32,000 nt of DNA from Kiritimatiella glycovorans. Lineage in GTDB: Bacteria; Verrucomicrobiota; Kiritimatiellia; Kiritimatiellales; Kiritimatiellaceae. Below, piece after piece: positions 1 through 8,660 of this stretch. Each line of letters begins with the position of its first letter. Within the stretch, counting starts at the first letter, position 1. The stretch covers positions 2,310,001 to 2,342,000 of the forward strand of contig NZ_CP010904.1 in NCBI RefSeq assembly GCF_001017655.1, read 5' to 3'. A program made the translations under genes and the position numbers. The notes beneath the pieces are model-generated. The model was not told where the DNA came from. It ran no database searches and was given only the letters and a program-made list of their open reading frames with translations.

Positions 1-857
1 GAACTCCTGGGTGGGGTGCCACTGCCGTTCGGTGATGTACACGGCCAGTTTCGGCTCGAAAAGCAGCCGGACCTTGATCGGCTTCTCGCCGCCCACGATG
101 CCGAACGCCTGCCGGGCGTATGTCTCGGGGCTGAACTCGGCCGCTCGCGTGTAACCCTGTCCCGTCGCCGCGATCCGCCGGAACCGCGACAGGGCGAACG
201 TCGCCACACGCCCCTTCTCCGCGTTCCACGCCATCAGGTACCAGTTCCCATGGTAGGCGAGCAGGTGGTAGGGGTGCAGTTCGTACTCGGATACGCGCCC
301 GTCGAAGGTCTGGTACGTCGCCCGGACCGCCTCGCAGCGTTCCACGCATCCAGCCAACTTCGCCCATACATCGGGATCGATCCGCACCCGGTCCTCGGGC
401 AGGACGCCGACGTGCTCACTGAGCCAGCCTGCCACGGCGTAGCCGAAGGCGAAGACGGGTCCGGTTCGATGGTCACATCGCCCTCCAGCGACTCGGCAAT
501 TTTATCCAGCACCGAGCGCATGTCCAGGTGGAGTGGTGTGTCCTCGTAATGGGCAAGGAGCTTGCGGGCAAGCGCGAAGCTGAACGCCTCCCGGCGGCTG
601 ATCCGCACCGGTGGCAACATGTAGGTTTCGTCCGTGAGCCGGAAACCATGCCGGGCCTCGTCGTAGGCCAGCGGGGCGTTCTCCTCGTCGCGCAGGAAGT
701 CCAGATCCCGCGCCACGGTCCGGCGCGACACCTCGAACTCCTTCATGAAGTCGCTGCTGTTCGGCAGATAGCCGGTCTCTGCGCCCTCGCGCACCATCTG
801 GACCATGCGCCGGATGCGGTAATACTGGGGTCTGGAGCCTGCCTTCATTTTTCTCAA
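1..857 (-). pseudogene. HTH-WYL-WCX family transcriptional regulator, frameshifted copy; its C-terminal end runs off the window start
   Basis: DNA 1..427 and 463..857 is near-identical to 9587..10013 and 10017..10411 of the intact paralog. The first 133 codons are identical (MRKMKAGSRPQYYRIRR...GDVTIEPD). Then 35 nt (428..462) replace 3 nt of the intact copy, a net +32 nt, so the WYL/WCX part is out of frame. Confidence 0.85.
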
Positions 858-913
858 ACTTTCTTCAGGGGTATGCCGTTAGATGACACACCCTCTTTTA
901 TACATTGGGCGGC

Positions 914-1790
914 ATGGTGGATCAAGTCTATCGTCCGCGCCGGCCCAAGGCATCGCCCCTGTGGCAATGCCTTTCCGGGCATTTCGACGCGTTTCTGGAG
1001 CTATACGAGGAACAATACCAGCCCCGGTACGGCTTCCTGCGCCCCATCATCCCGGAGGTCGTCAACAAGTTCCTCGACTGCGGCGACCTGGAGCGCGGCT
1101 TCGCCCGCGTGCGCTGCGACGACTGCAAGCATGAATACCTGCTCGCCTTCTCCTGCAAAGGGCGCTGGTTCTGCCCCTCGTGCCACCTGCCTGCGCCGAA
1201 GCGGCTTCGGCAGGCAGGCCAGAAGAAAGTCCAGCTCTTCGGCGCGCTTGTCACCGAGACCATCCTGTTCCCAGTACCCCACCGGCACTTCACCTTCGCC
1301 CTGCCCAAGATGTTGCGCATCTACTTCCGCCACGACCGCGACCTGCTCAAGGACCTGTGCCGTCTGGCGCACGAGTGCCTGCTCGAATACCTGCGCACCA
1401 CGCTCAATCTAACCGAGGGCCTGCCCGGCATCGTCATGGCGATCCACACCTTCGGCGAATACCTGGACTTCCACCCGCACCTGCACGCACTCGTTGCCGA
1501 CGGCCTGTTCGTGCGCTCGGGCCTGTTCTATGTCCTGCCCGATGTCAGCCTCAAGCCGCTGGAGGAATTGTTCCGGGCTCGGGTCATCACGTTTCTGGTG
1601 GACAAGGGGCTTCTGCCGCCCGAGCGGGCGAACATGCTGCGCGGCTGGGTACATTCCGGGTTCAACGTGCATCGCAGCCGACGCGTGCTGCCCGACGAGC
1701 GTGAAGACCTGGAGCGCCTGGCCCAGTACATCATCCGCAACCCCTTCGCCGTGGAGAAGATGCAGGTCAGCCCGCCGAACCGAGCCAATC
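914..1790 (+). pseudogene. IS91-family HUH/Y2 transposase, 5' part (interrupted by IS21 insertion)
   Basis: MVDQVYRPRRPKASPLW..., Zn motif CDDCKHEYLLAFSCKGRWFCPSCH, HUH motif HTFGEYLDFHPHLHALV. The ORF leaves the homologous frame at 1790/1791. ATG at 914 (the ORF track starts at an upstream TTG, 905). Confidence 0.9.
1187..1219 (+). repeat. 33-nt in-frame palindromic mini-insert in transposase copy 1
   Basis: CTGCCTGCGCCGAAGCGGCTTCGGCAGGCAGGC. Stem CCTGCCT/AGGCAGG plus GCCGAAGC/GCTTCGGC with a 2-nt bulge. Encodes LPAPKRLRQAG between CPSCH and QKKVQLF. Confidence 0.8.
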
Positions 1791-1969
1791 TCGTCAACGA
1801 CAACTACATGGCCCCGTCGGCGACAACTACACTTCCCCATGTTGACGGGGCTGGTGGGCCCCGGGTTTCCGGGGTTTGAGGGCGATGGGCCGATAGGCCC
1901 GAGCCTTCCCCCTCCCACCCCGCAGGGGCACCCCCCATGGGGGGTGCGCGATTCTCACAATTGCGATTT

Positions 1970-2731
1970 TCATCGTTTTCGATTCCGTTCGCCCGCCTTC
2001 CGGGCGCGGTAACTTTCGCCGTTGAGTTCCAGGATAGTGGAATGATGCACCACCCGATCAATGGCCGCCGCAGTAGTCATCGGGTCCTTGAAGATCTTGT
2101 CCCACTCACTGAAGACCAAGTTGGATGAGATCATCAGGCTGCGCCGCTCGTATCTCTCGGACAGGAAGGTGAACAACACCTCCATTTCCTCACGGCTCTG
2201 CTGCACGTAACCGATGTCATCGAGGATGACCACCTCGAAGCGGTCGAGCTTCTTCAGCAGCGCTTCGATCGCCAAGTCGCGCTTGGCGGTGAGTAGCTTC
2301 TGCACCAGGTGGAACGCCGTGGTAAACAACACCGTCGTGCCGTGTCGCAGCACCAGTTCGCGCCCGATCGCGGTCAGCAGATGCGTCTTGCCGCGTCCGG
2401 GTAAGCCGAACGCCAGGACGTTCTCGGCCCGTTCGACGAAACCGCCGTCCACCAGCGCCGGGATCTGACGCTGCACCTTGGTCGGAAGCAGCTTCAGGTT
2501 CAGCGTGTCCAGCGACTTGCCGTCGGGCAGGCCGGAGCGTTTCAGCAGCCGCTGCGTGCGCCGTTCGCCCCGCGCATGCAGTTCGCTCTCCATCACCGCG
2601 GCCAGGTAGCGCTCGTACGTCCACTGTTCCTGCGTGGCCTCCGCAGCCAGTCGCTCGTATTCGTTCAACACGTCCGGCAACCGGAGGGCACGCAATGTCA
2701 TGGCCAGAGAGGCGGGCGTGGTCATGCGCAC
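1970..2731 (-). CDS. istB: IS21-family helper ATPase IstB
   Basis: Walker A GLPGRGKTHLLTAIG and Walker B VVILDDIGY. Start overlaps the istA stop (2722..2731). Confidence 0.92.
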   Translation of the reverse strand: MRMTTPASLAMTLRALRLPDVLNEYERLAAEATQEQWTYERYLAAVMESELHARGERRTQRLLKRSGLPDGKSLDTLNLKLLPTKVQRQIPALVDGGFVERAENVLAFGLPGRGKTHLLTAIGRELVLRHGTTVLFTTAFHLVQKLLTAKRDLAIEALLKKLDRFEVVILDDIGYVQQSREEMEVLFTFLSERYERRSLMISSNLVFSEWDKIFKDPMTTAAAIDRVVHHSTILELNGESYRARKAGERNRKR

Positions 2732-4215
2732 ACCTCCTCCGGCGCCAGCAGTTCGTCATAGGCGGCCAGATCCACCGGCAACGGCGCATGCTCCGACAAC
2801 GTCGGCATCGGACGCGGACACGCCGAAAGCACCACGTCCAGGCGCGGGATCTCCCCGCGGTCGCGCAAGCCGCACAGTGCCGCTTCCACCTCACATTCCA
2901 TCGTGGTGGCCGCGTGCTTGAGGATCTGCAGGTATTCCCGTTCCGCAGTCCGATCGTTGACCGCCGCGCACAGTGTCTCGTACGCCCACTGGAACGCGGA
3001 GGACGGAAACAGGTCAGCACGGAACCGGTAGTTCCGGAACGCCCCGGGCTTGCGCACCAATGAACCGATCACATGGCGATAGTTGATGTGGTGCGCGTGT
3101 TCATCCCGCAGCCATGGCGCAGTGAGCTGGCGCACGCCCCCGTAGAACACCTCGATGTGTTCCGCGTAGCGATGCACCGTCACCGTGTACCCGATCAGCC
3201 GGCTGGGTACCGAGTAGATCCGGCGCTTCACGTTGATAGTGCCCCAACTGCGTACAACGCACCGATACTCCGTGTATTCCGGCAGCCGGTCCACGTCGAG
3301 CGCCCGCATGTGTTTGAACTCTTCGGCCAGGCGGACGCGCCGCGTCTCGTTCACCCGCTGAAGCACGCCATGAAGGAACTGCTCATACGCCGCCCGGCTG
3401 GCGAAGTCCCGCGACCCGCGCAACAACAGGTGTTGCTCGATCCGACGCTTCAGGGCGCCGTTCAGCGACTCCACATCCCCGTTCTCATGGGGACTGTCCA
3501 CTTGGATCAGACGGGGAACCATCTCGAAGTGATCCATCAGCTCCAGGTAGGCGCGGTTGTACGCCCGCGGTTCTCCGCTGGCCTCCGCCGGCCGGTGGGT
3601 CGCTGCGCTCGAATGATCCATCCAGTGCTCCGCCGGCACACGGCCCAGCCGCGTCAGCGCGTTCTGAATCCCCGTACGCAGCGCCACCAGGCTTTCGCTA
3701 TGGCAGATGCTGGCCCATTCCCAGTTCGAGTAGGTCAGCACGTTGTGACACAACTGGTGGTCGAACGGTTCCCCGGCGATCGTGATCCCCAGCCGGTCCA
3801 TGTGCGTGAAGTCTGTGGACATCCGCACGCCCGGCCGGTGCTCCTGCGCGAAGTACACCTCCTGCTCGGGCCCCGAAAGCGCTCGCCATTCACGTACCCG
3901 CCGCTGAAACGTCCGCAGTTGACCCTCCTGATACTTACCCGCCCGCTCCCGGCACAGCCACTCGAACACCGTCTTGGCCTCCAGCTCCGGGCAGCCCTCG
4001 AACATCAGTCGGCACTCTTCCCAGTCCTCCGCGAACGGGTCCTCCCGGGTACGCCACCTGCGCTCAACCGGCATCTCTGAGGGCAGTTTCCCGCACCTCA
4101 GGTACTTCTGCGCCGTCTTACGGTCCAGATCGGCCCGCAACGCAGCCTTGGACACGTTCCCTGTCCTTTCGTATTCTTCCATCAGCTTCCTCACTTTCCG
4201 GTCCGGGGTGACCAT
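2722..4215 (-). CDS. istA: IS21-family DDE transposase IstA
   Basis: 497 aa. N-terminal HTH region, DDE/rve-like core (STDFTHM..., MDHSSAAT, SPHENGDVESLNG), typical IstA length and istA-istB order. Confidence 0.92.
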   Translation of the reverse strand: MVTPDRKVRKLMEEYERTGNVSKAALRADLDRKTAQKYLRCGKLPSEMPVERRWRTREDPFAEDWEECRLMFEGCPELEAKTVFEWLCRERAGKYQEGQLRTFQRRVREWRALSGPEQEVYFAQEHRPGVRMSTDFTHMDRLGITIAGEPFDHQLCHNVLTYSNWEWASICHSESLVALRTGIQNALTRLGRVPAEHWMDHSSAATHRPAEASGEPRAYNRAYLELMDHFEMVPRLIQVDSPHENGDVESLNGALKRRIEQHLLLRGSRDFASRAAYEQFLHGVLQRVNETRRVRLAEEFKHMRALDVDRLPEYTEYRCVVRSWGTINVKRRIYSVPSRLIGYTVTVHRYAEHIEVFYGGVRQLTAPWLRDEHAHHINYRHVIGSLVRKPGAFRNYRFRADLFPSSAFQWAYETLCAAVNDRTAEREYLQILKHAATTMECEVEAALCGLRDRGEIPRLDVVLSACPRPMPTLSEHAPLPVDLAAYDELLAPEEVCA

Positions 4216-4312
4216 CGGCCCTCCTTTCTTTCCAAAAAGAGAGCCTCCAGCACCCCCGGTTAGTGGGGAAGTCTAATTGTCGTCACTGGGGAAGTGTAAT
4301 TGTCGCTGCGCA

Positions 4313-4848
4313 CCAATCCAGAAGGCTCCGTGATCTACCGCTCAGGCCTCAACCCGAAGATTCAGCGCAACTTCGAGGTCTTCTCGCCCTGCGACTTCAT
4401 CGCCGCCATCACCCAGCACATTCCGGACAAGAGCTTCCAGCTCGTCCGCTACTACGGCTGGTACTCAAACAAGATGCGCGGCCAGCGCGACAAGCGCACC
4501 GCCGAAGAGGCCAAAGGCGCGGGCCTGGGCGTGCAGGTCATCGACGTGTCCGAACACAAGCCCCGCCGCATCCCCTCGGCCAAGTGGCGCGAGCTCATCA
4601 AGAAGGTGTGGGAAGCCGATCCGCTCCTCTGCCCAAAGTGCCAGAAAGAAATGCGCATCGTGGCCCTCATCAACGAACGCGACGTGATCGAGCGCATCCT
4701 CCGTCACCTGGGCCTGTGGCAGCAGGGCGTGCGCGTGTCGCCGGCGAGGGCGCCGCCTGAGATTGCCGAATGGGTCATCGAGCCCTGCTACGATGACCCA
4801 TTCCCCGACTACGACACCGAGCCCGTGATGATATACGCGAACGCCTGA
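4313..4848 (+). pseudogene. IS91-family transposase, 3' part (continuation of 914..1790)
   Basis: ...PEGSVIYRSGLNPKIQRNFEVFSPCDFIAAITQHIPDKSFQLVRYYGWYSNKMRG (Y2 motif) and C-terminal CPKCQKEMRIV Zn ribbon. Homologous to 11338..11874. Confidence 0.9.
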
Positions 4849-4910
4849 GCGCTCGCGGCGGGGGAGGTCTGTTCTTCGCCGGTGTCTCTGACCCTGTTTT
4901 CGCCTCCTCC

Positions 4911-4958
4911 GGGCGGGCCGGGGCAGCCCCGGCCCGCCCGAAAAGCGATTTCTTATCA
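4911..4958 (+). other. IS91 copy 1 3' terminal hairpin plus conserved end (candidate rolling-circle origin/nick region)
   Basis: Perfect 13-bp stem GGGCGGGCCGGGG / CCCCGGCCCGCCC (4911..4939) followed by GAAAAGCGATTTCTTATCA. The same 19-nt end is at 12095..12113 and 19933..19951, each preceded by an imperfect GC hairpin. Confidence 0.7.
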
Positions 4959-5021
4959 GTTTTCCTTGAGGCACCGCATAGCGGTGAGCGACCGTTTGAA
5001 ATAAAATCAGATTGGAATGAT

Positions 5022-8000
5022 ATGATAGCAATAAAGAAAGTTCCACGTGGCGCCATAGTAGTTCTCGTTCTGCTTCTTCTATCAAGGCCGGTTTCCGCAT
5101 CGAACGAGAAGGTTGTCCCTGAATCTGCGCGCGAGATTCCGGTCGCGGCCGAATGCGATGTCGTGGTGGTAGGCGGATCATCCGGGGCGGTGGAGGCCGC
5201 GCTCGCGGCCGCCCGCCAGGGCGCCAAGGTCTTTCTGCTGGCGCCGCGCCCCTATCTGGGCGAGGACATCTGCGCCACCTACCGCTACTGGCTCGATCCC
5301 GGGCAGGAGCTGTTCACCCCGCTTGCGGAGAAGATTTTTACTGGCGACCAAAAGCCGCGCCAGGGCCTCGATTTCACCTACACGGCAGACCAGCCTTCGG
5401 CACAGGCTCATCCAGACACTGATCCGCCGACGCGCCTTCGCGATGGGGTTTTGCGTAGTGCCGTCAAGCAAAGCGTTCAATACGATCAGGATGTGAATAT
5501 CGTTGTGGATCTGGGCGAGGTTGCGCAGCCGCGCAGCGTCAGCGTCGCCGCATTCCAGCGTCCGGGCGAGTTCGAGGTGGCGAAAATCGATCTTGCCACC
5601 AGCAAAGACGGCGAGCACTGGCAGCCGGCCGGGACCGTTGCAAACCAGCAGCTGCGCGCGGGCAAGTTCGAAAACCAACCGCTGATTCTGACAATTCCCT
5701 TGGGAGAGCCAGCGCGATATCTGCGGCTGAACATATCCAAGACCGCAGATGCCGAGCGCATTCTTTTGAGCGAAATAATTGTCGAGGGCGACCAGCAGGG
5801 GCGCTATCCGCCGCGCCCCATGCATGTCAAGAAGGCCTTGGACGATGCCTTGATCGCGAGCAGTGTCGAATTCCTCTACTCCTGCCATCCCTCCGACATA
5901 TTGCGCGACGGAGGCGGCCAGCCGGCCGGGATCGTGATGGCCAACTTCGCCGGCCGCCAGGCGGTGCTGGCGAAGGCGATCATCGATGCCACCGAGCGCG
6001 CCGAAGTCGCCCGGATGGCCGGGGCGCAGTTCACGCCCTATCCAGCCGGATCGCAGAATTTTACACGCATAATAGTGGGCAAAGATTTGCAGGAGGTGTC
6101 TGAAGGCGGCCGGCAAACGCGGATGCCCGCCCAGATTGGCCCCGGTTTGGAGGGCTTGCGCCACGAGCTGGAGATCGATATGCCGGACGGTTCCTTCGCG
6201 GCCTTTGCGGAAGCCGAGAATGTGGCCCGCGACCGCACCTGGCAGGCGGGTCAGATGGATGCCTCCGAGTTCCTCTTCCAGATCCCGCCCGACCATATCA
6301 AAGGCCGGGCGCGCGAATCCGGCCCTTGGCCGGGCTGGGATGGGCTCGATCTGGCGGCTTTGCAGCCGGCTGGCATCCCCGGCATATATGTCCTCGGCGG
6401 ATGTGCCCATGTATCGCGCGCGGCGGCCGCCGAAATGCTTGAACCGCCGGTACTGATGGCAGTGGGCGGCCGCGTCGGCGTTGCGGCCGCAAGGCTGGCC
6501 AAATCCAGGCCGGAGCCGCAGGGGGTCCATCTGGCCGGGGACAGCCGCCAGCCGGCCGTTGCCGGCGACACGCGCGAGTTCCTGAACGGCATCCGGCCGG
6601 GGATCGATCGCGATGGCAGGCGAGTGCCTGCTGAAGAGCGCTCTCTGCCGGTTCTGGGCGAATACGATGTCGTGGTGGTGGGCGGCGGCACGGGCGGGGC
6701 CCCGGCCGGGATTGCGGCGGCCCGCGACGGCGCCCGCACCCTGGTGCTGGAATATCTCTACGACCTCGGCGGGGTGGGGACCTCGGGTCTGATCGGGAAG
6801 TACTACTACGGCTACAGAAAAGGTTTCACAGCCGAGGTGGAGGAGGGCCTTAAGGCGATGGAGGCTGTCTCGGCCACGGAGCGCAAGATGGAGTGGTGGC
6901 GGCGCGAACTGCGCCGGGCCGGGGCCGACATCTGGTTCGGCTGTGTTGGCTGTGGCGCCTTTTTCGAAGACGGCCGCGTAAAGGGTGTCGTGGTGGCCAC
7001 GCCGCAGGGGCGCGGCGTGGTGCTGGCGGATATGGTCGTCGATTCCACCGGCAAGGCCGACATCGCCGCGGCCGCCGGTGCGGAGATCATGTATACCGGC
7101 GCCGACCATGCGGCCATGCAGGGATCGGGCCTGCCCCCGCACCCGCCGGGAGACAAGTATGTCAATACCGACTGGACCATCATCGACGACACCGATATGC
7201 TCGACCTCTGGCGCAGCTTCGTGCTGGGCCGCAAGAAGTTTGACGGCGCCTATGATCTCGGCGTGCTGGCCGACACCCGCGAGCGACGGCGCATCGTCGG
7301 GGATTTCGCCATCTCTCCGCTCGATATCATCAACCGGCGCACCTATCCCGACACCATCAATATCGCGCGCAGCAACTTCGATTCACACGGCTATTCGGTT
7401 CATCCGCGCTTCACGCTCAAGTTTATGGACAAGCGTGGACTTCACGCCTATATCCCTTATCGCGCCCTGCTGCCGCGAGGCTTGGAAGGCGTTCTGGTGA
7501 CAGGACTGGGCATCAGCGCCCATCGCGACGCCATGCCGGTGCTGCGCATGCAGCCCTGTGTCCAGAACCAGGGCTATGCCGCCGGCATGATCGCCGCTAC
7601 AGCAGCCGAAAATCAGCAGAACCTGCGCGATGTGGACATTGAAGCTATCCAACGACGGCTGGTGGAGAAGGATATCCTGACCGAGGAGGTTGCCAGTCAC
7701 AAGGACAGCTTCCCGCGTCCGGCGGCGGAGATCATTGCCGCAGTCGGGCGCCTGCCCGAGGATTACGAAGGCATCGATCTGGTACTGGCCCAGCCCGCCG
7801 ACGCGTTTCCACATTTGCGGGATGCCTACGAGAACGCCGAAAGTCCGCAGGCGCGTCTGATATACGCGCATGTGCTGGCCATGCTGGGGGATCCCTCCGG
7901 GGCCGAGACGCTGGCCCATGCGGTAAGAACTTCCGATTGGGACAAAGGCTGGACCTATCGCGGAATGGGCCAGTACGGCGCCAGCATGAGCCGGCTCGAC

Positions 8001-8423
8001 AGCCTTATCATCGCCCTGGGCCACACCGGCAGCGATCTGGCGCTGGAACCGATACTTGAGAAGGCGCAGACATTGAAACCCGAGCAGGCCTTCTCGCATT
8101 TCCGCGCCGTGGCCGTGGCCTTGGAGGAGCTGGGCGACCGCCGCGCCGCACCGGTGCTGGCCGCACTGCTCGACAATCCGTCAATTGGAGGATACGCTGC
8201 CACAACCATTGCCAGGGCGCAGGCCCAAACGCCGCCCCACAGGAACGATACCACCGAGCGCAGCAACGCCTCGCGCGAGCTGGTTCTCGCACGCGCCCTC
8301 TACCGCTGCGGGGACCTTCAAGGACGGGGACGCGCCACGCTGGAGGCCTACAGCCGCGACCTGCGCGGCCACTTCGCCCGCCACGCCCATGCCGTGCTGG
8401 AAGAGGGCAGGGGAGATGGGTAA
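5022..8423 (+). CDS. secreted multidomain FAD-dependent oxidoreductase-family protein with discoidin-like insert and C-terminal HEAT-like repeats
   Basis: Signal-peptide-like N-terminus (MIAIKKVPRGAIVVLVLLLLSRPVSAS). Two dinucleotide-binding motifs (DVVVVGGSSGAVEAALAAARQGAKV and DVVVVGGGTGGAPAGIAAARDGARTLVLE). F5/8-type-C-like stretch at about aa 130-260. Helical repeats (LGDPSGAETLAHAV, LGDRRAAPVLAALLDNP). Confidence 0.7.
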   Translation: MIAIKKVPRGAIVVLVLLLLSRPVSASNEKVVPESAREIPVAAECDVVVVGGSSGAVEAALAAARQGAKVFLLAPRPYLGEDICATYRYWLDPGQELFTPLAEKIFTGDQKPRQGLDFTYTADQPSAQAHPDTDPPTRLRDGVLRSAVKQSVQYDQDVNIVVDLGEVAQPRSVSVAAFQRPGEFEVAKIDLATSKDGEHWQPAGTVANQQLRAGKFENQPLILTIPLGEPARYLRLNISKTADAERILLSEIIVEGDQQGRYPPRPMHVKKALDDALIASSVEFLYSCHPSDILRDGGGQPAGIVMANFAGRQAVLAKAIIDATERAEVARMAGAQFTPYPAGSQNFTRIIVGKDLQEVSEGGRQTRMPAQIGPGLEGLRHELEIDMPDGSFAAFAEAENVARDRTWQAGQMDASEFLFQIPPDHIKGRARESGPWPGWDGLDLAALQPAGIPGIYVLGGCAHVSRAAAAEMLEPPVLMAVGGRVGVAAARLAKSRPEPQGVHLAGDSRQPAVAGDTREFLNGIRPGIDRDGRRVPAEERSLPVLGEYDVVVVGGGTGGAPAGIAAARDGARTLVLEYLYDLGGVGTSGLIGKYYYGYRKGFTAEVEEGLKAMEAVSATERKMEWWRRELRRAGADIWFGCVGCGAFFEDGRVKGVVVATPQGRGVVLADMVVDSTGKADIAAAAGAEIMYTGADHAAMQGSGLPPHPPGDKYVNTDWTIIDDTDMLDLWRSFVLGRKKFDGAYDLGVLADTRERRRIVGDFAISPLDIINRRTYPDTINIARSNFDSHGYSVHPRFTLKFMDKRGLHAYIPYRALLPRGLEGVLVTGLGISAHRDAMPVLRMQPCVQNQGYAAGMIAATAAENQQNLRDVDIEAIQRRLVEKDILTEEVASHKDSFPRPAAEIIAAVGRLPEDYEGIDLVLAQPADAFPHLRDAYENAESPQARLIYAHVLAMLGDPSGAETLAHAVRTSDWDKGWTYRGMGQYGASMSRLDSLIIALGHTGSDLALEPILEKAQTLKPEQAFSHFRAVAVALEELGDRRAAPVLAALLDNPSIGGYAATTIARAQAQTPPHRNDTTERSNASRELVLARALYRCGDLQGRGRATLEAYSRDLRGHFARHAHAVLEEGRGDG

Positions 8424-8460
8424 TGGTAGATGGTTGATGGGTAATGGAGATGTGGGGAGA

Positions 8461-8510
8461 TCGTTAAAAGTCGTTAAAAATCGTTGAAAGTCGTTAAAAA
8501 TTGTTGAAGC
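8461..8510. repeat. five tandem 10-bp units TCGTTAAAAR (helical-phase A-tracts)
   Basis: tcgttaaaag tcgttaaaaa tcgttgaaag tcgttaaaaa ttgttgaagc. Preceded by a duplicated GATGGGTAATGG (8415..8426 and 8436..8447). Confidence 0.9.
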
Positions 8511-8660
8511 AAATCTATGCAGTCCGAATGGATATGGACGGCGAGCGTCTCGCTGGGACGCTAGCCACAAATAATGAATTTGGCGCGGTGGATACGTTGA
8601 TTAAAACACAAGTCGGACTTGTCCGACCAGTCCGACTTGCCTGTCAGATTATTTCTTATT

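Larger units (their letters stand above)
1791..4312 (-). mobile_element. IS21-family insertion sequence (2522 bp) nested in the IS91 transposase gene
   Basis: istA/istB pair. Duplicated subterminal repeats lie in inverted orientation at both ends: 1795..1815 and 1818..1838 versus 4265..4285 and 4288..4308 (GGGGAAGTnTAATTGTCG). The right end finishes in CA. 6-bp direct repeat CCAATC at 1785..1790 and 4313..4318. Removing the IS plus one repeat restores the frame ...SPPNRANPEGSVIYR. Confidence 0.92.
1..4958 (+). mobile_element. IS91-family element copy 1 with WYL partner gene; inactivated (frameshifted regulator, transposase split by IS21); left end outside the window
   Basis: Paralogous to 9587..12113. 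It ends with hairpin 4911..4939 plus the terminus GAAAAGCGATTTCTTATCA (4940..4958) shared by all three copies. Confidence 0.8.

Noticed and set aside
858-913. Specific -35/-10 boxes (TTAGAT / TACATT) and a regulator operator in the WYL-transposase intergenic region
   Set aside because: The hexamer matches are weak and I found no convincing inverted repeat by eye. The region is flagged only as a shared divergent control region within finding 1.
2217-4080. ORFs 2217..3020 (minus, off-frame) and 3073..4080 (plus) within the IS21 element
   Set aside because: They overlap istA/istB in other frames or on the other strand. Their composition is Arg/Pro-rich without motifs.
5178-7142. 654-aa ORF on the minus strand
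   Set aside because: It is entirely antisense to the 1133-aa FAD-oxidoreductase ORF. The sequence is Arg/Gly/Ala/Pro-rich and low-complexity, typical of shadow ORFs in GC-rich DNA, with no recognisable motifs.
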